Positions 26,683 through 34,593 of a DNA stretch of 44,219 bases are shown here, one piece after another. The position numbers and the translations under genes were made by a program. The notes beneath the pieces are model-generated. The model ran no database searches and was not told the origin of the DNA. It saw only the letters and a program-made list of their open reading frames with translations. Source of the DNA: a virus (Duplodnaviria; Caudoviricetes); IMG/VR virus record IMGVR_UViG_3300036784_000137, positions 1 to 44,219 of that record; one strand, written 5' to 3'. Position 1 is the first letter of the stretch; every line of letters begins with the position of its first letter.

Positions 26683-26932
26683 CTTCCGCCTCCCGCATCG
26701 CCATGTAGGTCAGGCCGAGGGTGTAGAATAATTGGCGCTCGTTCTTCAGGTCGAAGGCGATGCTGACGCCGGACTCGCGTGCCGGCCAGTGCAGGCGGGC
26801 GAGGCGCATAAACTCGGCAATGCCGGCGTCGACCACGTGCTTGGGCGGCAGCAGCACCGCCTCCGGCTCGCCGGGGGCGGCCGCGGCCGTTTCTTCCTCG
26901 GCGTCAGGGATGGTGAGCGGGCCCTTGCGCAT
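26666..26932 (-). CDS. Hypothetical protein
   Basis: Start MRKGPLTIPD. Confidence 0.5.
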   Translation of the reverse strand: MRKGPLTIPDAEEETAAAAPGEPEAVLLPPKHVVDAGIAEFMRLARLHWPARESGVSIAFDLKNERQLFYTLGLTYMAMREAEDDKAG

Positions 26933-26963
26933 GTTGCACCAGACGGCTGTGAACAGCCTTATG

Positions 26964-27188
26964 CTACTTGACCGTAGTGACGCCGATGTGGACGCCGGCC
27001 AGCAGGTTGAGCAGTGGGATGATGACATAAAAGATGACGATGGCCACCACCACGATGATGAGCACGACGTTGATGACCTGGGCGAAGATCGGCTCCATCG
27101 GCACCAGGGCGATGAGCTGGCGCGCGGCCCAGAAGATGAAGCCGGCGATCAAGAGCGCGACGATGACCTGGACCAGGAGCGGCAGCAT
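26964..27188 (-). CDS. Small two-TM membrane protein (holin candidate)
   Basis: Two strongly hydrophobic helices separated by 'PMEPIF'. Confidence 0.65.
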   Translation of the reverse strand: MLPLLVQVIVALLIAGFIFWAARQLIALVPMEPIFAQVINVVLIIVVVAIVIFYVIIPLLNLLAGVHIGVTTVK

Positions 27189-27197
27189 GGCGGACAC

Positions 27198-27225
27198 ATT
27201 ATAGCTATGTTGGCGATACTACAAG
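27198..27225 (-). promoter_or_regulatory. Putative sigma70-type promoter at the head of the late arm
   Basis: CTTGTAG-N15-TATAAT on the minus strand, 9 nt before ATG 27188; spacer is short. Confidence 0.4.
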
Positions 27226-27245
27226 CCGGTAGCGAAATACCGTGC

Positions 27246-27362
27246 TCATGCCGCCAGCTTCTCCAGCGCCTTGGCGATGCGCTGCAGGGCGGTCAGCACC
27301 TCGGTCAGCACATTGAATATCGCCGCCAGCTCATCGGGCGGCTCGCCCACCGGCTCGGTCAT
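27246..27362 (-). CDS. 38-aa amphipathic peptide
   Basis: Hand-translated MTEPVGEP...LQRIAKALEKLAA; GGAG RBS; ATGA overlap. Confidence 0.5.
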   Translation of the reverse strand: MTEPVGEPPDELAAIFNVLTEVLTALQRIAKALEKLAA

Positions 27363-28396
27363 TTGCCATCTCCGTTCCATAGCTTGTGCAGGTTCGGCCA
27401 CTTCTCCAGGCTCTTCTGGTCTGCCAGGTTAGCACATTCTATCAGCCGCAGCGCGTTGGTGACGGCCGCATTGTGCCAGCCGAACTTGTTGAACCGGTAC
27501 TCAAGGAAGCAATCGCCCTCGCCGATCTTCACTTCCTCCAGGGTCTTCGGCCGCTCGATGAGGTGGAACAGATAGGCCAATTCCTCCGCTTCCTTGCCGA
27601 ACTTGCAAGCAACGTCGGCGCGATTGCTGTCGCTCGGTTGCAGCAGCACTTTGCTGAAAGCGTTGGTGCCGTAGATCGAATGCAGGCCGGCAGCCAGGAC
27701 AGGAACGCCTACTCCGTTCCTGTCCTGCAACAACTGATGGCAGCGCATCAGGTGATCGTGCAGCGAGCCGGTCGAGTGGGCGATGGCAATGGCGCCGCAC
27801 TGGCGCAGCCACTCCGACTGGTGCTCGAACATCTGTGATCGGCGCGGCCGCGCCTTGTACATCAAGGTAGTGCGCAGCTCGGTACACTTCCTGCTCACCG
27901 CCCTGGCCGCATGCAGCATGTTGGAGGGCAGGATGACAACTCTGTTTGCCCGCGGCAGGTACGACCAGTAAGTCTTGCCATCGGTGCAAACGGTCTCGCC
28001 GGCCCAGTCCAATGGCCACTCGTCGCAGATGTAGATGATGACGGTCAGGTCGCCATCTCTGTCACTATCCGTATGAAAATATCCATCCGTCCCATAGGTG
28101 TAGCCGTTGGCGTAGCAGCGCACCAGCTTCATGTCCTTACATTGATTGCTGCGCAGAAAATTCCAGCCAGCAAACAAACCAGGATCGTGTCCATGCAGGC
28201 GAACACAGGCAATCTCCTGGTATAAATCCGCCAGATTATAGGTCGAGTCGTGCAGCGGCTTCCAGGCCCAGTGGCCGTGCGGATCGGTGTTGCGGTTGGA
28301 CTTGGAGCCGTAGGTCATCGGCACCGCGCGCACGGTCGCGCGCAGCCGCTCGTACAGCTCGGCCGGGAAGAAGTTGTCCAACAGCAGGGGATTCAT
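27359..28396 (-). CDS. 2OG-Fe(II) oxygenase fused to an HD-like (DUF6817-type) domain
   Basis: HxD 'FHTDS', 'WAGET', distal His 'LHAAR', 'RTTL'; C-terminal 'HSTGSLHDHL...AGLHSIYGT'. Confidence 0.8.
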   Translation of the reverse strand: MNPLLLDNFFPAELYERLRATVRAVPMTYGSKSNRNTDPHGHWAWKPLHDSTYNLADLYQEIACVRLHGHDPGLFAGWNFLRSNQCKDMKLVRCYANGYTYGTDGYFHTDSDRDGDLTVIIYICDEWPLDWAGETVCTDGKTYWSYLPRANRVVILPSNMLHAARAVSRKCTELRTTLMYKARPRRSQMFEHQSEWLRQCGAIAIAHSTGSLHDHLMRCHQLLQDRNGVGVPVLAAGLHSIYGTNAFSKVLLQPSDSNRADVACKFGKEAEELAYLFHLIERPKTLEEVKIGEGDCFLEYRFNKFGWHNAAVTNALRLIECANLADQKSLEKWPNLHKLWNGDGK

Positions 28397-29274
28397 TGCG
28401 TCAGACCGCGCATGATCGCCCGACCGATCATTTCCGGGATTTGCGGGACGACAGCATTGCCGAGGGACCGCAATCGGTCCACCCGAGCGGTAACCCCATG
28501 AGCCACTCGACCCACGTCGGGTTCAGCGAGCCAGTGACCACATTCACCCCATGCGATTGCAAGCCGTCGCGACGGTTGGCTGTCGGCGTCGGCCACATTT
28601 TGGCTTCGCGAGCCAGGCAACGGCTGCCCTTCTTCAAAACTGAGGCTTCCGATCTCGCCCCTTTCGCATCGTGAGCCTGCGGCGTCGGCCACAAGCCATG
28701 CTTCGCCATCGTTTGCAGGGGAGCGCGCACTGGACCTGTACGCCCCATCCCGCCGCCCTGGTTCGTCCCGCATGCTGTTGCTGAAGGGGTAGGCAATGAT
28801 CCAGATGCGGTCGCGGCGGTGAGGAGCGCCAATGGCGGCAGCCGGTATGCAATGCCATTCCGCATCATACCCGAGCGCGGCCAGGTCTCCGAGAACACGT
28901 TCAAGGCCCCGTCCAAGCAAAGCTGCGACGTTCTCCACGATGACGTATCGGGGTCGAACCTCGCCAATAATTCGGGCGTACTCGCTCCATAGTCCTGAGC
29001 GAGAGCCTTCAATGCCCGCGCCCTTTCCTGCGACGGAGATGTCCTGGCAGGAGAAGCCGCCGCAGATGACATCGATATTGCGCGTTCCATCTGCGGCAAG
29101 TCGAGCGGCAGTGAGAGTTGTGATGTCGTCGTAACAAGGAACGCCCGGCCAGTGCTTGGCGAGGACGCGACGGCAGAAGGGGTCGATCTCGCAGAAGGCG
29201 ACAGTGCGCATGCCGGCTCGCTCAAGTCCGAGGCTGAAGCCGCCGATGCCGCTGAAAAGATCAAGGACATTCAT
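28393..29274 (-). CDS. C5-cytosine DNA methyltransferase, alpha polypeptide
   Basis: Motifs I (DLFSGIGG), IV (GGFSCQD), VI (ENV), VIII (HRRDR), X (LGNAV); motif IX absent in this frame. Confidence 0.92.
   Translation of the reverse strand: MNVLDLFSGIGGFSLGLERAGMRTVAFCEIDPFCRRVLAKHWPGVPCYDDITTLTAARLAADGTRNIDVICGGFSCQDISVAGKGAGIEGSRSGLWSEYARIIGEVRPRYVIVENVAALLGRGLERVLGDLAALGYDAEWHCIPAAAIGAPHRRDRIWIIAYPFSNSMRDEPGRRDGAYRSSARSPANDGEAWLVADAAGSRCERGEIGSLSFEEGQPLPGSRSQNVADADSQPSRRLAIAWGECGHWLAEPDVGRVAHGVTARVDRLRSLGNAVVPQIPEMIGRAIMRGLTQ
28428..29270 (-). CDS. C5-methyltransferase beta polypeptide in an overlapping alternative frame (true start uncertain)
   Basis: 'WPRSGMMRNG', three (W/L)PTP repeats and motif IX 'LNPTWVEWLMGLPLGWT'; M.EcoHK31I-type architecture. 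Confidence 0.75.
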   Translation of the reverse strand: MSLIFSAASAASASDLSEPACALSPSARSTPSAVASSPSTGRAFLVTTTSQLSLPLDLPQMERAISMSSAAASPARTSPSQERARALKALAQDYGASTPELLARFDPDTSSWRTSQLCLDGALNVFSETWPRSGMMRNGIAYRLPPLALLTAATASGSLPTPSATACGTNQGGGMGRTGPVRAPLQTMAKHGLWPTPQAHDAKGARSEASVLKKGSRCLAREAKMWPTPTANRRDGLQSHGVNVVTGSLNPTWVEWLMGLPLGWTDCGPSAMLSSRKSRK

Positions 29275-29395
29275 TGCTTTCCTTTCGAGAAAGGCCCCGG
29301 CGTTGGCTCCTGGGTTAAACAAGTCGCGGCGCGCCCAGGAACCTTGGGACCCGACCCGCCGGGGGAGCCGGGCGAAAGGGCGCCGCCGCTCAGGC

Positions 29396-29671
29396 TTATC
29401 TCGCTCGCTCGCGCTTGTCGACCGGCCAGTATCGCGCGAGAATCTTCTGTTCATTCGGCCCGATCAGCTTGCGCACGGTATCGAGCCAGTGAGCGATAAA
29501 TTGCTCGCGCAGCGCGTCGGTCTCGGCCGCACCGCGCGCGTCGAAATGACCGGCCAGCAGCATGGCGAACAGGTCAGCGAGCGCGGCGCCGATAACTTCC
29601 GGCTCCTTGCCGGCGAGAATTGGCCGCACCCACTCGACGATCGAAGCAACAGTATCTTCCGGCCTAGCCAT
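29396..29671 (-). CDS. Hypothetical protein
   Basis: Start MARPEDTVAS; helical ORF. Confidence 0.55.
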   Translation of the reverse strand: MARPEDTVASIVEWVRPILAGKEPEVIGAALADLFAMLLAGHFDARGAAETDALREQFIAHWLDTVRKLIGPNEQKILARYWPVDKRERAR

Positions 29672-29688
29672 TGCTGCACCTGACCAGT

Positions 29689-29970
29689 TCATCGGTAAAG
29701 TTGCTCGTTGATGAGCATCAAGAAGGTCTGCGACTCGGTATAAATCTGCGCCTCGAGCCGCGGCAGGAAGGCCTTGCGGGTGACAGCGATCATCTCGGCA
29801 TTCCAGCCGGTGGGGGCATCGACCACAGAATTGACCCACCATGGATTGCGCGCGAACAGGATCGGATCAAGCGCCTTGACCGGCATCAGGCTGCCGGCGC
29901 GCACGATCGCGGGTGCCGCGAAGGCCGAGAAGAGGTGGCCGAGGAAGAGCCGGCGACTGTAGGCACTCAT
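29689..29970 (-). CDS. Twin-arginine-signal-like mini-protein with capsid-N-terminus-like C-terminal half
   Basis: SRRLFLG...AAPAIVRA; AEMIAVTRKAFLPRL vs capsid AELAAVTRRAFLPKV. Confidence 0.7.
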   Translation of the reverse strand: MSAYSRRLFLGHLFSAFAAPAIVRAGSLMPVKALDPILFARNPWWVNSVVDAPTGWNAEMIAVTRKAFLPRLEAQIYTESQTFLMLINEQLYR

Positions 29971-30122
29971 TATACATTGTCCTTTGTGGGCTCAAGCTCG
30001 TGGTCCATCTCGTCCAGGCAGTCCGCCAGGGCGCGCAACTGCCGCGCCAGATCAACGTTCTGGGTCCCCTGCGCGGTCTCGTACAGAAACACCTGCACCT
30101 TCCTGATGGTCAGGGCGTCCAT
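29970..30122 (-). CDS. Hypothetical protein
   Basis: MDALTIRKV...; TAATG coupling. Confidence 0.45.
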   Translation of the reverse strand: MDALTIRKVQVFLYETAQGTQNVDLARQLRALADCLDEMDHELEPTKDNV

Positions 30123-30154
30123 GGCCAACTGCAGGCGCCGCAGCTCGTCCGCCC

Positions 30155-30295
30155 CTACCACAGCCGCCACCAGCAGCGGCCGCGGTGCAGGTTCTCGTCG
30201 ATCGTCAGCGCCAGCAAGCCGATCACCCCGCCGCCGACCGCACCCACCACCACCCACAGCAGCACCCAGATGAGAAACCGTTCGCCCTCACTCAC
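30155..30295 (-). CDS. Small membrane protein
   Basis: Hand-translated MSEGERFLIWVLLWVVVGAVGGGVIGLLALT...; GGAGGA RBS. Confidence 0.5.
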   Translation of the reverse strand: MSEGERFLIWVLLWVVVGAVGGGVIGLLALTIDENLHRGRCWWRLW

Positions 30296-30505
30296 CTATT
30301 CCTCCAGCCCATGATCGTAGATCAACCCCACCAGCTCGCGCCCACGCGCACTGTCGAGAAACACCAGAGTCCGCAACAGCTCCGCCCGCCGTGGATCGCC
30401 AATGTCCTGGATGCGCTTGAGCCGCTGGGCATAGATCCGCATCACCGCCGCCCGCACCCGCTCAGCAGGCGTCGCTCCCTCCGGTGCTGGATTGATCAGC
30501 AGCAC
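30296..30505 (-). CDS. Hypothetical protein
   Basis: AAGGAGG RBS. Confidence 0.55.
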   Translation of the reverse strand: MLLINPAPEGATPAERVRAAVMRIYAQRLKRIQDIGDPRRAELLRTLVFLDSARGRELVGLIYDHGLEE

Positions 30506-31131
30506 GTCGCCTCCTTGCGGTAGTTGCGATACTTACGCAACGGCACCGTCAGCGCATCCTCCAGAGACCAACCAAGCTTCAGGCGTTCATACACACGCTG
30601 CCCATTGAGACCCAAGCGCTCGGTCAACTCCACCAGCTTTTCGCGCCGGCCGTCAATCTCGACAAAAACCGTACGCCGCAGATTGCGACGCTGCTCCTTG
30701 TCAGTCACCCACCGGCAATTACCAGGTTCGTAGTGGCCGTTGACATTGATCCGATCAATCGAATGCTCGGAACTTGGCCGCGGCCCCATGTCGGCCATGA
30801 ACATCTTGAAACTCCTGCGCCAGCGCGCGCAAAGCTTGATGCCGCGCCCACCATAGTTGGCATAACTCCGATTTTTGGGGTCCTCACAGCGCGCGATCAT
30901 GCGCTCCCAAATCCGGTAGTCGGCCGTGCCAGCAGCACCGCCAGCCTGATGCCAGCACCGAGGATGTGGATGCTTGCGCAGATGATACCCGCGCATCTCC
31001 ACCCGCTTGCCACACTCACATCGGCAACCCCAAACCATCTCCCCCCCGGGAGACGATCCAGACATGGCTTCCACCAAAAGACAGCCAAACCGCTGCCCCT
31101 CCAGATCAATCAAATTCTGCCCACCAGCCAT
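30496..31131 (-). CDS. HNH endonuclease (YGGRGI type)
   Basis: 'CRCECG...YGGRGIKLCARW...HSIDRINVNGHYEPGNCRW'. Confidence 0.9.
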   Translation of the reverse strand: MAGGQNLIDLEGQRFGCLLVEAMSGSSPGGEMVWGCRCECGKRVEMRGYHLRKHPHPRCWHQAGGAAGTADYRIWERMIARCEDPKNRSYANYGGRGIKLCARWRRSFKMFMADMGPRPSSEHSIDRINVNGHYEPGNCRWVTDKEQRRNLRRTVFVEIDGRREKLVELTERLGLNGQRVYERLKLGWSLEDALTVPLRKYRNYRKEATCC

Positions 31132-31858
31132 CCTTCTCGCCTACACTGCCACACCACGCAATGTCAACGATCCAGTAAGCCTGTGGAGGCTGTGTAGAAT
31201 TTTTGGGGCGGGATGCACCGGGCGGCCTTCTCTCTCTCGGCTGGACCCATTGGCGCGCCCGGCCCTCGCGCGCCCTCCAGGGGCTCCCCTCCCCCCCCTT
31301 CCTCTATGTAGCTGAGAGAAGGTATCGGTACCTAACCCCTTGTTATCATTGGAGCCCCTGTATCTAGGCTCTCGATCGGGAAGACCAGGGGAAGATCAGC
31401 GACAGAGCATCAGAGGCAGGGAGAAACAGCAGCACCAGGCACTGGAGAACCTAGGAATCTCTACCTATCGGAGGCCTTCTTGTCCTCGTCCATTGGCTCA
31501 AGCGGCTGGCGGTGGACATTTCGTCTGGTTGCCTGCGGGCTATCTGCTTACGCTTACCGGAGTGAAGCATGCTGGTTTTCAGCGAGCGACCGGAGCCGCG
31601 CGCGAGGCTAGCGGATGATTCTTGGGTGGGCTGGAATGTTATGACCCAAGCCATTGATATGTATGTGAAACTTAGTTGTTGACAGTGATATAAGTTTTCG
31701 GCCCAACCGCAACCATGAACGAACAGAGAACAGCGGTTGTGTCCAGGGGTCCTCATTCCCTTTGCTGCGTGCGTTCGTGGTCGAGCCAGGACCCAAGTGA
31801 CAGCGTGGAAAGGTCCCTGGTCAGCACCTTGCGTTCTTTGGTCATGGTGTCACCCTTG

Positions 31859-32083
31859 TCACTCGGTTCGCTCGCGCGGATCCAGGGGGCTTGGCTGCCG
31901 CTGGGCGCGCCAGTCGCGGATGCGCATCAATTCCGGGGCCTTGGTGCGGATGACCTGATGCACCCATTGGAACGAGGTGCCGAATTGCTCGGCGCACTCG
32001 CGCAACGAGTGGCCATCGGCGTAGTAGGCCACGATGGCGGCCTGGCGGTCGCGGCTGTCCCGGCGTTTCTGTAGCCAGCCCAT
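31859..32083 (-). CDS. HTH DNA-binding protein
   Basis: 'GHSLRECAEQFGTSFQWVHQVI'. Confidence 0.65.
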   Translation of the reverse strand: MGWLQKRRDSRDRQAAIVAYYADGHSLRECAEQFGTSFQWVHQVIRTKAPELMRIRDWRAQRQPSPLDPRERTE

Positions 32084-32132
32084 AAGGATGCTTGCATCCG
32101 AAAGGGGGGAGATTGCTCTCCCCCCATACATC

Positions 32133-32837
32133 TCACGCGAGTGCGTCGCCCAACCGGTTGGTGCGACGCCGGCGGCCGAGGCCGTAGAAGATCGCCAGTC
32201 CGCCGGCGAACAGCGGCAGGGCGGCGGGGAGCGGAACGGTGGGAACCCCGACCGCGAGGATCTGATCGGTGGGCACCACATCCAGAAGCGCCAAGGTGGC
32301 GGCGGGATCGAAGAGGGCGCCACCCGAAGAGGCTTCTGCCGCCAGGGTCACCGACGCCGCAATGTCGGCGACGCCGGCGCTGCTGGTGGAGGAGAAGGTG
32401 AGCCCCGGACCATATTCGAGCCGCCAGATCGCCAGCTGCGTGACGCCTGGATTATTGTCCAATGCACCACCGAAATGGTCGATGAGGCTTGCAATCTCAG
32501 ACACTTGCAGTGCGGAGATGGACGGATTGCCGTTGCCGACGCTGCCGGGGCCGGGGAAGGGAACGATGTTGTAGGTGCCGGTGGGGTTGAGGCCGGTAAG
32601 GATATCCACGCACCAGGCGGCGATACTGGTGATGGGCGTGCCCATGAAGGTGCCGGTGCCGGAGAGGGTAATCTCACCGACGGAGGCTTGGAACGGAGTG
32701 TTGAGCAAGGTCGGGTCGGTCAGGGTGACGGCGACGCCCGGGTTGACCGAGAATCCCGTATAGGTGAAGTTGTCGGCTTGCGCCGCCCCCATTCCGATGC
32801 CAAGGAGGGCGACGGTCGAGAGAAGTAGTTGCCTCAT
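32133..32837 (-). CDS. VPLPA-CTERM (PEP-CTERM class) surface protein with thioester-domain-like motifs
   Basis: Signal peptide ending AAQA; C-terminal VPLPAALPLF-TM-RRRR; internal WCVD, TQLAIW, DQIL. Confidence 0.85.
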   Translation of the reverse strand: MRQLLLSTVALLGIGMGAAQADNFTYTGFSVNPGVAVTLTDPTLLNTPFQASVGEITLSGTGTFMGTPITSIAAWCVDILTGLNPTGTYNIVPFPGPGSVGNGNPSISALQVSEIASLIDHFGGALDNNPGVTQLAIWRLEYGPGLTFSSTSSAGVADIAASVTLAAEASSGGALFDPAATLALLDVVPTDQILAVGVPTVPLPAALPLFAGGLAIFYGLGRRRRTNRLGDALA

Positions 32838-32893
32838 TGTCTTGCCTTTCCTCTTGTTGTGGCGGTGCCGCCGCTCCCCGGTCGCGAATTAGG

Positions 32894-33190
32894 TTATTTC
32901 CTCAGACCTTCCAAGCGCTTGGAGACACGTTCGCGGAACGCCAGTGCTTCTGCGGTGAGCAGGAAGTGATGCTCCAGCGCCGCCTTGACCAAGTCCGCCT
33001 CCTTGATCGTGCGCTCCTTAATTTCTCTAATCTCGGCAATGAGTTGGTCAAGCTCATTGGCGGTGTAGCCGGTGCTCTCGTCGATCTTGGCGACGATCGA
33101 CTCGGCGAGCTTTGAGGCACCGTTGCCGGGCCGTGGCTCGGCCAGCATGTTGTCGGGCGATGGTACGACGGTAAGAACCTTGTCGGTCAT
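32894..33190 (-). CDS. Coiled-coil hypothetical protein
   Basis: Start MTDKVLTVV; GAAAGG RBS. Confidence 0.55.
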   Translation of the reverse strand: MTDKVLTVVPSPDNMLAEPRPGNGASKLAESIVAKIDESTGYTANELDQLIAEIREIKERTIKEADLVKAALEHHFLLTAEALAFRERVSKRLEGLRK

Positions 33191-33213
33191 TTGTGTTTGC
33201 CTTTCGGTTGCGG

Positions 33214-33792
33214 TTACGGAGCCCGTGGAGGGGCGTCCGGGATAGCGTCCCATTGCTCCTGGCTGAGGTTGAATTTCGCACGCACGGTCTCCGCTGTCTC
33301 ACTGTGGGCCGCTCTGGAGGGACCATCCTTGAAGGTTCCGTTCTTGAGCGCTGCCACCAACTCATCGAGCGAGTGCCATGCCTGCTTGGGCCGCTCGACC
33401 GGTATCCCGTACTTCTTGACCATCGAGAAGTAATCCTGCCCAGGCGGGATGGGCGGCAACGCCCGCGGCCGCGACAGCGGCGGATCGACCAAGGTAGCGG
33501 TGGGCGCGAGCCCGGGCCAATCTTGGTCAAACGCCTCCGGGTCGTCTTCCGGGACGGTCATCTCCTTGATCCGGCCCTCGATCAGCATCCACATCGCCTG
33601 TGGGTAGCCGCCGAGATGGTACTGGAAGTAGCTCTGCCAGCGCTCGCATGCCGTCGTGCCGCGCTCGATCGTGGGATGCTCCGTTCGTCCCCTGAGCTTG
33701 CAGTAAAGCTCGGCCCGCAGGGAATAGTTCGCCAGCGTGATTGGGCCGCGCTTGGCCCAGTTCGGAATCTCGCCGTACTCGCGCTTCTTCAT
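33214..33792 (-). CDS. Hypothetical protein downstream of the replication gene
   Basis: Start MKKREYGEIP; GAAAGGA RBS. Confidence 0.55.
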   Translation of the reverse strand: MKKREYGEIPNWAKRGPITLANYSLRAELYCKLRGRTEHPTIERGTTACERWQSYFQYHLGGYPQAMWMLIEGRIKEMTVPEDDPEAFDQDWPGLAPTATLVDPPLSRPRALPPIPPGQDYFSMVKKYGIPVERPKQAWHSLDELVAALKNGTFKDGPSRAAHSETAETVRAKFNLSQEQWDAIPDAPPRAP

Positions 33793-34408
33793 TTTTTGTT
33801 TCCTTTCGTGGTGGTGGTTGATCAAGGGCAGCCGCCAAGCGGGCGCGAAACTCCGGCGAGCGCGGATCGAGCGGCTTGGGCGCCGCCGACTGGCCGTCGA
33901 GGTGGCGGCCTTGGTTGAGCCAAGTGGCCGGATGCGGAATGAATTTTTCCTCCTTGCGGTCGATGCGCCCGATCGCTGCCACCAATTCTGACCAGGCAAT
34001 CTCGTCGCAGCGGTGCACATCCTCGATTCGTCGGACAGCCGCTTTCTTGCCGACCTTCCGCGGGTACAGGGCCCAGAACTGGTCCCGGTAGTCGGGCGGC
34101 CAATCGTTGAACTTTCTAGCTTTTTCGCCCGTCCTCGACGCAGTCGAGGGAGCGAGCGAAGCGAGCGGTCCGCTTGGGGGGGGAGGGGGTAAGGGGGAGG
34201 ATAGGGGGTTAGGGGGAAAGGAGGGGGATGGGGGAGGGGGGGTGTCAGCACAGTCAGCGCTGACATGCTGACGCGAACGTTGATTTTGCTTGTTAATCCG
34301 GTTTTGCTCGCGGCGGACCATAACCCGCTCTTTCTGCTCGAGGTCGAGCAGACGCACGATCTGATCGGCGGTGAAGCCGGCGGCGCGCAACAGGGCGATG
34401 GTGATCAT
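33527..34408 (-). CDS. Phage replication initiator/organizer protein
   Basis: 'FWALYPRKVGKKAA...FIPHPATWLNQGR' C-terminal initiator motif; Pro-rich linker. Confidence 0.7.
   Translation of the reverse strand: MITIALLRAAGFTADQIVRLLDLEQKERVMVRREQNRINKQNQRSRQHVSADCADTPPPPSPSFPPNPLSSPLPPPPPSGPLASLAPSTASRTGEKARKFNDWPPDYRDQFWALYPRKVGKKAAVRRIEDVHRCDEIAWSELVAAIGRIDRKEEKFIPHPATWLNQGRHLDGQSAAPKPLDPRSPEFRARLAAALDQPPPRKETKNEEARVRRDSELGQARPNHAGELFPAGRALLQAQGTNGASHDRARHDGMRALAELLPVPSRRLPTGDVDADRGPDQGDDRPGRRPGGV
34176..34273. repeat. G-tract array and GTCAGC/GCTGAC near-palindrome; origin candidate
   Basis: Eight runs of 5 or more G in 67 bp, then gtcagcacagtcagc|gctgacatgctgac. Confidence 0.55.
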
Positions 34409-34593
34409 TGGACGCCCCCCGCAGGGCAAAAGGTGGAGGCCGGTAATTCCGTACGGGCGGAAAAAGGGAGCTACCCTCTGTCCCGGCACTGGTCTTATAT
34501 CCCGGCTTGCATGACCGGCGCAAGACAAGGTTCGCTCAGGGACCAAGGCGCCGTCAAGCCGCCACCTATAGACTTGGGTCATGGACGCTGCCA

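Noticed and set aside
30296-30505. Small terminase subunit
   Set aside because: No recognisable motif and not adjacent to terL; cannot be supported
31715-32074. Plus-strand 119-aa ORF after TTGACA
   Set aside because: Antisense to a credible HTH gene, with no matching -10 or RBS
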